Source: Auanema rhodensis (Eukaryota; Animalia; Nematoda). Taken from it: DNA of 64,000 nucleotides. The notes under the pieces are model-generated. The model made no database searches. It saw only the letters and a program-made list of their open reading frames with translations, and had not been told where the DNA came from. The stretch's first letter is position 1. Each line of letters begins with the position of its first letter. Positions 1 through 12,100 of the stretch are shown here, one piece after another. A program made the translations under genes and the position numbers. The stretch is taken from the NCBI GenBank assembly GCA_964057225.1, contig OZ059896.1, positions 22,258,001 to 22,322,000 on the forward strand, given 5' to 3'.

Positions 1-9
1 TCGATGCGG

Positions 10-60
10 ATTTTTAAGCTGCGTCGATCTGTGTTATCAGATTTGCGCTAGCTTAAAAAT
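10..60. repeat. Inverted repeat / hairpin 1 of the monomer
   Basis: ATTTTTAAGCT (10-20) is the exact reverse complement of AGCTTAAAAAT (50-60). Inner pairings are GCG (21-23)/CGC (46-48) and ATCTG (27-31)/CAGAT (38-42). Confidence 0.93.
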
Positions 61-64
61 GCAC

Positions 65-103
65 CGAGATATCAACTGATATAAGTTCACACTTATATCC
101 TCG
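65..103. repeat. Inverted repeat / hairpin 2 of the monomer
   Basis: GATATAAGT (78-86), a TCAC loop and ACTTATATC (91-99) form a perfect 9-bp stem. CGAG (65-68)/CTCG (100-103) can pair outside it. Confidence 0.93.
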
Positions 104-173
104 ATTTTCACCCTGAAGAATTAATTTTTTCGTTGAATAACACTGTCCATCGTCTTTGCCTTGAAAAATGGAA

Positions 174-245
174 TCTAAAAACATCTACTTTTTGCTGAAT
201 TATTTTGAAATTTTTCGAAAAAATTTTTGTCAAAATGTTTTTGGA
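174..245. repeat. Palindrome centred on TTCGAA with imperfect outer arms (dyad 3)
   Basis: TTTTTCGAAAAA (211-222) is a perfect 12-bp palindrome. Outer arms are ATTTTGA (202-208)/TCAAAAT (230-236) and TCTAAAAACAT (174-184)/ATGTTTTTGGA (235-245), the latter with one G-T pair. Confidence 0.88.
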
Positions 246-249
246 AGCA

Positions 250-277
250 ATGTTGAGTGTACATGGAAACTCAACAT
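250..277. repeat. Inverted repeat / hairpin 4 of the monomer
   Basis: ATGTTGAGT (250-258) and ACTCAACAT (269-277) form a perfect 9-bp stem around a 10-nt loop. Confidence 0.93.
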
Positions 278-1755
278 ACACTAATGCATCATTTTTCAAA
301 CGATCATAACTAATTTTTGTATCAAGCGTTTCTCAATGTAGTATAGTGCATTCGATGCGGATTTTTAAGCTGCGTCGATCTGTGTTATCAGATTTGCGCT
401 AGCTTAAAAATGCACCGAGATATCAACTGATATAAGTTCACACTTATATCCTCGATTTTCACCCTGAAGAATTAATTTTTTCGTTGAATAACACTGTCCA
501 TCGTCTTTGCCTTGAAAAATGGAATCTAAAAACATCTACTTTTTGCTAAATTATTTTGAAATTTTTCGAAAAAATTTTTGTCAAAATGTTTTTGGAAGCA
601 ATGTTGAGTGTACATGGAAACTCAACATACACTAATGCATCATTTTTCAAACGATCATAACTAATTTTTGTATTAAGCGTTTCTCAATGTAGTATAGTGC
701 ATTCGATGCGGATTTTTAAGCTGCGTCGATCTGTGTTATCAGATTTGCGCTAGCTTAAAAATGCACCGAGATATCAACTGATATAAGTTCACACTTATAT
801 CCTCGATTTTCACCCTGAAGAATTATTTTTTTCGTTGAATAACACTGTCCATCGTCTTTGCCTTGAAAAATGGAATCTAAAAACATCTACTTTTTGCTAA
901 ATTATTTTGAAATTTTTCGAAAAAATTTTTGTCAAAATGTTTTTGGAAGCAATGTTGAGTGTACATGGAAACTCAACATACACTAATGCATCATTTTTCA
1001 AACGATCATAACTAATTTTTGTATTAAGCGTTTCTCAATGTAGTATAGTGCATTCGATGCGGATTTTTAAGCTGCGTCGATCTGTGTTATCAGATTTGCG
1101 CTAGCTTAAAAATGCACCGAGATATCAACTGATATAAGTTCACTCTTATATCCTCGATTTTCACCCTGAAGAATTAATTTTTTCGTTGAATAACATTGTC
1201 CATCGTCTTTGCCTTGAAAAATGGAATCTAAAAACATCTACTTTTTGCTAAATTATTTTGAAATTTTTCGAAAAAATTTTTGTCAAAATGTTTTTGGAAG
1301 CAATATTGAGTGTACATGGAAACTCAACATACACTAATGCATCATTTTTCAAACGATCATAACTAATTTTTGTATTAAGCGTTTCTTAATGTAGTATAGT
1401 GCATTCGATGCGGATTTTTAAGCTGCGTCGATCTGTGTTATCAGATTTGCGCTAGCTTGAAAATGCACCGAGATATCAACTGATATAAGTTCACACTTAT
1501 ATCCTCGATTTTCACCCTGAAGAATTATTTTTTTCGTTGAATAACACTGTCCATCGTCTTTGCCTTGAAAAATGGAATCTAAAAACATCTACTTTTTGCT
1601 AAATTATTTTGAAATTTTTCGAAAAAATTTTTGTCAAAATGTTTTTGGAAGCAATGTTGAGTGTACATGGAAACTCAACATACACTAATGCATCATTTTT
1701 CAAACGATCATAACTAATTTTTGTATTAAGCGTTTTTCAATGTAGTATAGTGCAT

Positions 1756-3157
1756 TTGATGCGCATTTTTAAGCTGCGTCGATCTGTGTTATCAGATTTG
1801 CGCTAGCTTGAAAATGCACCGAGATATCAACTGATATAAGTTCACACTTATATCCTCGATTTTCACCCTGAAGAATTAATTTTTTCGTTGAATAACATTG
1901 TCCATCGTCTTTGCCTTGAAAATGGAATCTAAAAACATCTACTTTTTGCTAAATTATTTTGAAATTTTCCGAAAAAAGTTTTGTCAAAATGTTTTTGGAA
2001 GCAATGTTGAGTGTACATGGAAACTCAACATACACTAATGCATCATTTTTCAAACGATCATAACTAAATTTTGTATCAAGCGTTTCTCAATGTAGTATAG
2101 TGCATTCGATGCGGATTTTTAAGCTGCGTCGATCTGTGTTATCAGAGTTGCGCTAGCTTAAAAATGCACCGAGATATCAACTGATATAAGTTCACACTTA
2201 TATCCTCGATTTTCACCCTGAAGAATTAATTTTTTCGTTGAATAACATTGTCCATCGTCTTTGCCTTGAATAAAGGAATCTAAAAACATCTACTTTTTGC
2301 TAAATTATTTTGAAAATTTTCGAAAAAATTTTTGTCAAAATGTTTTTGGAAGCAATGTTGAGTGTACATGGAAACTCAACATACACTAATGCATCATTTT
2401 TCAAACGATCATAACTAATTTTTGTATTAAGCGTTTCTCAATGTAGTATAGTGCATTTGATGCGCATTTTTAAGCTGCGTCGATCTGTGTTATCAGATTT
2501 GCGCTAGCTTGAAAATGCACCGAGATATCAACTGATATAAGTTCACACTTATATCCTCGATTTTCACCCTGAAGAATTAATTTTTTCGTTGAATAACATT
2601 GTCCATCGTCTTTGCCTTGAAAATGGAATCTAAAAACATCTACTTTTTGCTAAATTATTTTGAAATTTTCCGAAAAAAGTTTTGTCAAAATGTTTTTGGA
2701 AGCAATGTTGAGTGTACATGGAAACTCAACATACACTAATGCATCATTTTTCAAACGATCATAACTAAATTTTGTATCAAGCGTTTCTCAATGTAGTATA
2801 GTGCATTCGATGCGGATTTTTAAGCTGCGTCGATCTGTGTTATCAGATTTGCGCTAGCTTAAAAATGCACCGAGATATCAACTGATATAAGTTCACACTT
2901 ATATCCTCGATTTTCACCCTGAAGAATTAATTTTTTCGTTGAATAACATTGTCCATCGTCTTTGCCTTGAATAAAGGAATCTAAAAACATCTACTTTTTG
3001 CTAAATTATTTTGAAATTTTTCGAAAAAATTTTTGTCAAAATGTTTTTGGAAGCAATGTTGAGTGTACATGGAAACTCAACATACACTAATGCATCATTT
3101 TTCAAACGATCATAACTAATTTTTGTATTAAGCGTTTTTCAATGTAGTATAGTGCAT
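1756..3157. repeat. Local dimer duplication (2 x 701 bp)
   Basis: Copies at 1756 and 2457 share private variants: C2T, a 1-A deletion in the 164-168 run, T215C, T224G and T314A. Each is followed by a GAATAAAGG-type copy. Confidence 0.9.
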
Positions 3158-6100
3158 TCGATGCGGATTTTTAAGCTGCGTCGATCTGTGTTATCAGATT
3201 TGCGCTAGCTTAAAAATGCACCGAGATATCAACTGATATAAGTTCACACTTATATCCTCGATTTTCACCCTGAAGAAAAAATTTTTTCGTTGAATAACAT
3301 TGTTCATCGTCTTTGCCTTGAAAAAAGGAATCTAAAAACATCTACTTTTTGCTAAATTATTTTGAAATTTTTCGAAAAAATTTTTGTCAAAATGTTTTTG
3401 GAAGCAATGTTGAGTGTACATGGAAACTCAACATACACTAATGCATCATTTTTCAAACGATCATAACTAATTTTTGTTTTAAGCGTTTCTCAATGTAGTA
3501 TAGTGCATTCGATGCGGATTTTTAAGCTGCGTCGATCTGTGTTATCAGATTTGCGCTAGCTTAAAAATGCACCGAGATATCAACTGATATAAGTTCACAC
3601 TTATATCCTCGATTTTCACCCTGAAGAATTAATTTTTTCGTTGAATAACACTGTCCATCGTCTTTGCCTTGAAAAATGGAATCTAAAAACATCCACTTTT
3701 TGCTAAATTATTTTGAAATTTTTCGAAAAAATTTTTGTCAAAATGTTTTTGGAAGCAATGTTGAGTGTACATGGAAACTCAACATACACTAATGCATCAT
3801 TTTTCAAACGATCATAACTAATTTTTGTATTAAGCGTTTCTCAATGTAGTATAGTGCATTCGATTCGGATTTTTAAGCTGCGTCGATCTGTGTTATCAGA
3901 TTTGCGCTAGCTTAAAAATGCACCGAGATATCAACTGATATAAGTTCACACTTATATCCTCGATTTTCACCCTGAAGAATTAATTTTTTCGTTGAATAAC
4001 ATTGTCCATCGTCTTTGCCTTGAATAAAGGAATCTAAAAACATCTACTTTTTGCTAAATTATTTTGAAATTTTTCGAAAAAATTTTTGTCAAAATGTTTT
4101 TGGAAGCAATGTTGAGTGTACATGGAAACTCAACATACACTAATGCATCATTTTTCAAACGATCATAACTAATTTTTGTATTAAGCGTTTCTCAATGTCG
4201 TATAGTGCATTCGATGCGGATTTTTAAGCTGCGTCGATCTGTGTTATCAGATTTGCGCTAGCTTAAAAATGCACCGAGATATCAACTGATATAAGTTCAC
4301 ACTTATATCCTCGATTTTCACCCTGAAGAAAAAATTTTTTCGTTGAATAACATTGTTCATCGTCTTTGCCTTGAAAAAAGGAATCTAAAAACATCTACTT
4401 TTTGCTAAATTATTTTGAAATTTTTCGAAAAAATTTTTGTCAAAATGTTTTTGGAAGCAATGTTGAGTGTACATGGAAACTCAACATACACTAATGCATC
4501 ATTTTTCAAACGATCATAACTAATTTTTGTATTAAGCGTTTCTCAATGTAGTATAGTGCATTCGATGCGGATTTTTAAGCTGCGTCGATCTGTGTTATCA
4601 GATTTGCGCTAGCTTAAAAATGCACCAAGATATCAACTGATATAAGTTCACACTTATATCCTCGATTTTCACCCTAAAGAATTAATTTTTTCGTTGAATA
4701 ACATTGTCCATCGTCTTTGCCTTGAATAAAGGAATCTAAAAACATCTACTTTTTGCTAAATTATTTCGAAATTTTTCGAAAAAATTTTTGTCAAAATGTT
4801 TTTGGAAGCAATGTTGAGTGTACATGGAAACTCAACATACACTAATGCATCATTTTTCAAACGATCATAACTAATTTTTGTATTAAGCGTTTCTCAATGT
4901 AGTATAGTGCATTCGATGCGGATTTTTAAGCTGCGTCGATCTGTGTTATCAGATTTGCGCTAGCTTAAAAATGCACCGAGATATCAACTGATATAAGTTC
5001 ACACTTATATCCTTGATTTTCACCCTGAAGAATTATTTTTTTCGTTGAATAACACTGTCCATCGTTTTTGCCTTGAAAAATGGAATCTAAAAACATCTAC
5101 TTTTTGCTAAATTATTTTGAAATTTTTCGAAAAAATTTTTGTCAAAATGTTTTTGGAAGCAATGTTGAGTGTACATGGAAACTCAACATACACTAATGCA
5201 TCATTTTTCAAACGATCATAACTAATTTTTGTATTAAGCGTTTCTCAATGTAGTATAGTGCATTCGATGCGGATTTTTAAGCTGCGTCGATCTGTGTTAT
5301 CAGATTTGCGCTAGCTTAAAAATGCACCGAGATATCAACTGATATAAGTTCACTCTTATATCCTCGATTTTCACCCTGAAGAATTAATTTTTTCGTTGAA
5401 TAACATTGTCCATCGTCTTTGCCTTGAAAAATGGAATCTAAAAACATCTACTTTTTGCTAAATTATTTTGAAATTTTTCGAAAAAATTTTTGTCAAAATG
5501 TTTTTGGAAGCAATGTTGAGTGTACATGGAAACTCAACATACACTAATGCATCATTTTTCAAACGATCATAACTAATTTTTGTATTAAGCGTTTCTCAAT
5601 GTAGTATAGTGCATTCGATGCGGATTTTTAAGCTGCGTCGATCTGTGTTATCAGATTTGCGCTAGCTTAAAAATGCACCGAGATATCAACTGATATAAGT
5701 TCACTCTTATATCCTCGATTTTCACCCTGAAGAATTAATTTTTTCGTTGAATAACATTGTCCATCGTCTTTGCCTTGAAAAATGGAATCTAAAAACATCT
5801 ACTTTTTGCTAAATTATTTTGAAATTTTTCGAAAAAATTTTTGTCAAAATGTTTTTGGAAGCAATGTTGAGTGTACATGGAAACTCAACATACACTAATG
5901 CATCATTTTTCAAACGATCATAACTAATTTTTGTATTAAGCGTTTTTCAATGTAGTATAGTGCATTCGATGCGCATTTTTAAGCTGCGTCGATCTGTGTT
6001 ATCAGATTTGCGCTAGCTTGAAAATGCACCGAGATATCAACTGATATAAGTTCACACTTATATCCTCGATTTTCACCCTGAAGAATTAATTTTTTCGTTG

Positions 6101-9100
6101 AATAACATTGTCCATCGTCTTTGCCTTGAAAAATGGAATCTAAAAACATCTACTTTTTGCTAAATTATTTTGAAATTTTTCGAAAAAATTTTTGTCAAAA
6201 TGTTTTTGGAAGCAATGTTGAGTGTACATGGAAACTCAACATACACTAATGCATCATTTTTCAAACGATCATAACTAATTTTTGTATTAAGCGTTTTTCA
6301 ATGTAGTATAGTGCATTCGATGCGCATTTTTAAGCTGCGTCGATCTGTGTTATCAGATTTGCGCTAGCTTGAAAATGCACCGAGATATCAACTGATATAA
6401 GTTCACACTTATATCCTCGATTTTCACCCTGAAGAATTAATTTTTTCGTTGAATAACATTGTCCATCGTCTTTGCCTTGAAAAAAGGAATCTAAAAACAT
6501 CTACTTTTTGCTAAATTATTTTGAAATTTTTCGAAAAAATTTTTGTCAAAATGTTTTTGGAAGCAATGTTGAGTGTACATGGAAACTCAACATACACTAA
6601 TGCATCATTTTTCAAACGATCATAACTAATTTTTGTATTAAGCGTTTCTCAATGTAGTATAGTGCATTCGATGCGGATTTTTAAGCTGCGTCGATCTGTG
6701 TTATCAGATTTGCGCTAGCTTAAAAATGCACCGAGATATCAACTGATATAAGTTCACTCTTATATCCTCGATTTTCACCCTGAAGAATTAATTTTTTCGT
6801 TGAATAACATTGTCCATCGTCTTTGCCTTGAAAAATGGAATCTAAAAACATCTACTTTTTGCTAAATTATTTTGAAATTTTTCGAAAAAATTTTTGTCAA
6901 AATGTTTTTGGAAGCAATGTTGAGTGTACATGGAAACTCAACATACACTAATGCATCATTTTTCAAACGATCATAACTAATTTTTGTATTAAGCGTTTTT
7001 CAATGTAGTATAGTGCATTCGATGCGCATTTTTAAGCTGCGTCGATCTGTGTTATCAGATTTGCGCTAGCTTGAAAATGCACCGAGATATCAACTGATAT
7101 AAGTTCACACTTATATCCTCGATTTTCACCCTGAAGAATTAATTTTTTCGTTGAATAACATTGTCCATCGTCTTTGCCTTGAAAAATGGAATTTAAAAAC
7201 ATCTACTTTTTGCTAAATTATTTTGAAATTTTTCGAAAAAATTTTTGTCAAAATGTTTTTGGAAGCAATGTTGAGTGTACATGGAAACTCAACATACACT
7301 AATGCATCATTTTTCAAACGATCATAACTAATTTTTGTATTAAGCGTTTTTCAATGTAGTATAGTGCATTCGATGCGCATTTTTAAGCTGCGTCGATCTG
7401 TGTTATCAGATTTGCGCTAGCTTGAAAATGCACCGAGATATCAACTGATATAAGTTCACACTTATATCCTCGATTTTCACCCTGAAGAATTAATTTTTTC
7501 GTTGAATAACATTGTCCATCGTCTTTGCCTTGAAAAATGGAATCTAAAAACATCTACTTTTTGCTAAATTATTTTGAAATTTTTCGAAAAAATTTTTGTC
7601 AAAATGTTTTTGGAAGCAATGTTGAGTGTACATGGAAACTCAACATACACTAATGCATCATTTTTCAAACGATCATAACTAATTTTTGTATTAAGCGTTT
7701 TTCAATGTAGTATAGTGCATTCGATGCGGATTTTTAAGCTGCGTCGATCTGTGTTATCAGATTTGCGCTAGCTTAAAAATGCACCGAGATATCAACTGAT
7801 ATAAGTTCACACTTATATCCTCGATTTTCACCCTGAAGAATTAATTTTTTCGTTGAATAACATTGTCCATCGTCTTTGCCTTGAATAAAGGAATCTAAAA
7901 ACATCTACTTTTTGCTAAATTATTTCGAAATTTTTCGAAAAAATTTTTGTCAAAATGTTTTTGGAAGCAATGTTGAGTGTACATGGAAACTCAACATACA
8001 CTAATGCATCATTTTTCAAACGATCATAACTAATTTTTGTATTAAGCGTTTCTCAATGTAGTATAGTGCATTCGATGCGCATTTTTAAGCTGCGTCGATC
8101 TGTGTTATCAGATTTGCGCTAGCTTGAAAATGCACCGAGATATCAACTGATATAAGTTCACACTTATATCCTCGATTTTCACCCTGAAGAATTAATTTTT
8201 TCGTTGAATAACATTGTCCATCGTCTTTGCCTTGAAAAATGGAATCTAAAAACATCTACTTTTTGCTAAATTATTTTGAAATTTTTCGAAAAAATTTTTG
8301 TCAAAATGTTTTTGGAAGCAATGTTGAGTGTACATGGAAACTCAACATACACTAATGCATCATTTTTCAAACGATCATAACTAATTTTTGTATTAAGCGT
8401 TTTTCAATGTAGTATAGTGCATTCGATGCGGATTTTTAAGCTGCGTCGATCTGTGTTATCAGATTTGCGCTAGCTTAAAAATGCACCGAGATATCAACTG
8501 ATATAAGTTCACTCTTATATCCTCGATTTTCACCCTGAAGAATTAATTTTTTCGTTGAATAACATTGTCCATCGTCTTTGCCTTGAAAAATGGAATCTAA
8601 AAACATCTACTTTTTGCTAAATTATTTTGAAATTTTTCGAAAAAATTTTTGTCAAAATGTTTTTGGAAGCAATGTTGAGTGTACATGGAAACTCAACATA
8701 CACTAATGCATCATTTTTCAAACGATCATAACTAATTTTTGTATTAAGCGTTTCTCAATGTAGTATAGTGCATTCGATGCGCATTTTTAAGCTGCGTCGA
8801 TCTGTGTTATCAGATTTGCGCTAGCTTGAAAATGCACCGAGATATCAACTGATATAAGTTCACACTTATATCCTCGATTTTCACCCTGAAGAATTAATTT
8901 TTTCGTTGAATAACATTGTCCATCGTCTTTGCCTTGAAAAATGGAATCTAAAAACATCTACTTTTTGCTAAATTATTTTGAAATTTTTCGAAAAAATTTT
9001 TGTCAAAATGTTTTTGGAAGCAATGTTGAGTGTACATGGAAACTCAACATACACTAATGCATCATTTTTCAAACGATCATAACTAATTTTTGTATTAAGC

Positions 9101-12100
9101 GTTTTTCAATGTAGTATAGTGCATTCGATGCGGATTTTTAAGCTGCGTCGATCTGTGTTATCAGATTTGCGCTAGCTTAAAAATGCACCGAGATATCAAC
9201 TGATATAAGTTCACACTTATATCCTCGATTTTCACCCTGAAGAAAAAATTTTTTCGTTGAATAACATTGTTCATCGTCTTTGCCTTGAAAAAAGGAATCT
9301 AAAAACATCTACTTTTTGCTGAATTATTTTGAAATTTTTCGAAAAAATTTTTGTCAAAATGTTTTTGGAAGCAATGTTGAGTGTACATGGAAACTCAACA
9401 TACACTAATGCATCATTTTTCAAACGATCATAACTAATTTTTGTATTAAGCGTTTCTCAATGTAGTATAGTGCATTCGATGCGGATTTTTAAGCTGCGTC
9501 GATCTGTGTTATCAGATTTGCGCTAGCTTAAAAATGCACCGAGATATCAACTGATATAAGTTCACACTTATATCCTCGATTTTCACCCTGAAGAATTATT
9601 TTTTTCGTTGAATAACACTGTCCATCGTTTTTGCCTTGAAAAATGGAATCTAAAAACATCTACTTTTTGCTAAATTATTTTGAAATTTTTCGAAAAAATT
9701 TTTGTCAAAATGTTTTTGGAAGCAATGTTGAGTGTACATGGAAACTCAACATACACTAATGCATCATTTTTCAAACGATCATAACTAATTTTTGTATTAA
9801 GCGTTTCTCAATGTAGTATAGTGCATTCGATGCGGATTTTTAAGCTGCGTCGATCTGTGTTATCAGATTTGCGCTAGCTTAAAAATGCACCGAGATATCA
9901 ACTGATATAAGTTCACTCTTATATCCTCGATTTTCACCCTGAAGAATTAATTTTTTCGTTGAATAACATTGTCCATCGTCTTTGCCTTGAAAAATGGAAT
10001 CTAAAAACATCTACTTTTTGCTAAATTATTTTGAAATTTTTCGAAAAAATTTTTGTCAAAATGTTTTTGGAAGCAATGTTGAGTGTACATGGAAACTCAA
10101 CATACACTAATGCATCATTTTTCAAACGATCATAACTAATTTTTGTTTTAAGCGTTTCTCAATGTAGTATAGTGCATTCGATGCGGATTTTTAAGCTGCG
10201 TCGATCTGTGTTATCAGATTTGCGCTAGCTTAAAAATGCACCGAGATATCAACTGATATAAGTTCACTCTTATATCCTCGATTTTCACCCTGAAGAATTA
10301 ATTTTTTCGTTGAATAACATTGTCCATCGTCTTTGCCTTGAAAAATGGAATCTAAAAACATCTACTTTTTGCTAAATTATTTTGAAATTTTTCGAAAAAA
10401 TTTTTGTCAAAATGTTTTTGGAAGCAATGTTGAGTGTACATGGAAACTCAACATACACTAATGCATCATTTTTCAAACGATCATAACTAATTTTTGTATT
10501 AAGCGTTTCTCAATGTAGTATAGTGCATTCGATGCGCATTTTTAAGCTGCGTCGATCTGTGTTATCAGATTTGCGCTAGCTTGAAAATGCACCGAGATAT
10601 CAACTGATATAAGTTCACACTTATATCCTCGATTTTCACCCTGAAGAATTAATTTTTTCGTTGAATAACATTGTCCATCGTCTTTGCCTTGAAAAATGGA
10701 ATCTAAAAACATCTACTTTTTGCTAAATTATTTTGAAATTTTTCGAAAAAATTTTTGTCAAAATGTTTTTGGAAGCAATGTTGAGTGTACATGGAAACTC
10801 AACATACACTAATGCATCATTTTTCAAACGATCATAACTAATTTTTGTATTAAGCGTTTTTCAATGTAGTATAGTGCATTCGATGCGGATTTTTAAGCTG
10901 CGTCGATCTGTGTTATCAGATTTGCGCTAGCTTAAAAATGCACCGAGATATCAACTGATATAAGTTCACTCTTATATCCTCGATTTTCACCCTGAAGAAT
11001 TAATTTTTTCGTTGAATAACATTGTCCATCGTCTTTGCCTTGAAAAATGGAATCTAAAAACATCTACTTTTTGCTAAATTATTTTGAAATTTTTCGAAAA
11101 AATTTTTGTCAAAATGTTTTTGGAAGCAATGTTGAGTGTACATGGAAACTCAACATACACTAATGCATCATTTTTCAAACGATCATAACTAATTTTTGTA
11201 TTAAGCGTTTCTCAATGTAGTATAGTGCATTCGATGCGCATTTTTAAGCTGCGTCGATCTGTGTTATCAGATTTGCGCTAGCTTGAAAATGCACCGAGAT
11301 ATCAACTGATATAAGTTCACACTTATATCCTCGATTTTCACCCTGAAGAATTAATTTTTTCGTTGAATAACATTGTCCATCGTCTTTGCCTTGAAAAATG
11401 GAATCTAAAAACATCTACTTTTTGCTAAATTATTTTGAAATTTTTCGAAAAAATTTTTGTCAAAATGTTTTTGGAAGCAATGTTGAGTGTACATGGAAAC
11501 TCAACATACACTAATGCATCATTTTTCAAACGATCATAACTAATTTTTGTATTAAGCGTTTCTCAATGTAGTATAGTGCATTCGATGCGCATTTTTAAGC
11601 TGCGTCGATCTGTGTTATCAGATTTGCGCTAGCTTGAAAATGCACCGAGATATCAACTGATATAAGTTCACACTTATATCCTCGATTTTCACCCTGAAGA
11701 ATTAATTTTTTCGTTGAATAACATTGTCCATCGTCTTTGCCTTGAAAAATGGAATCTAAAAACATCTACTTTTTGCTAAATTATTTTGAAATTTTTCGAA
11801 AAAATTTTTGTCAAAATGTTTTTGGAAGCAATGTTGAGTGTACATGGAAACTCAACATACACTAATGCATCATTTTTCAAACGATCATAACTAATTTTTG
11901 TATTAAGCGTTTTTCAATGTAGTATAGTGCATTCGATGCGGATTTTTAAGCTGCGTCGATCTGTGTTATCAGATTTGCGCTAGCTTAAAAATGCACCGAG
12001 ATATCAACTGATATAAGTTCACTCTTATATCCTCGATTTTCACCCTGAAGAATTAATTTTTTCGTTGAATAACATTGTCCATCGTCTTTGCCTTGAAAAA

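Larger units (their letters stand above)
1..351. repeat. Representative monomer (copy 1)
   Basis: The consensus has ~110 G+C of 351 and 12 CpGs. Single sites per consensus monomer: NheI GCTAGC (47-52), EcoRV GATATC (68-73), BstBI TTCGAA (214-219), BsrGI TGTACA (258-263), NsiI ATGCAT (284-289). Copy 1 differs from consensus at 143 (C), 197 (G) and 323 (C). Confidence 0.97.

Noticed and set aside
48-99. Helitron or MITE terminus (hairpin near CTAG) as origin of the monomer
   Set aside because: The hairpin is AT-rich and the spacing atypical. No terminal inverted repeats, target-site duplications or array ends are visible to test the idea.
128-144. CENP-B-box-like motif TTTCGTTGAATAAC...
   Set aside because: It matches only the 5' half (YTTCGTTG) and lacks the essential CGGG. 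It also lies in the most variable part of the monomer, where T130C disrupts it.
108-299. 63-aa minus-strand ORF (MKNDALVYVEF...)
   Set aside because: It is open only because A197G removes a TAG stop present in nearly all other copies. The copy at 9125 has A197G but gains a TGA through C147T. The peptide has no recognisable domain and its composition reflects A/T tracts.
1-351. Tandem RNA gene array (5S rRNA, tRNA, snRNA, spliced leader)
   Set aside because: I could not recognise any 5S, tRNA cloverleaf, Pol III A/B box or SL sequence on either strand. An Rfam/Infernal search would be needed to exclude a divergent ncRNA fully.
1-351. Assignment to a named satellite of similar size (Drosophila 1.688 353/359-bp, Tribolium TCAST1, Pimelia PIM357)
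   Set aside because: Only length and AT content are similar; I recognised no diagnostic sequence. A database search is required.
1-351. Monomer as a diverged dimer of ~175-bp subunits
   Set aside because: There is no convincing alignment between the two halves by eye beyond short T-tracts.
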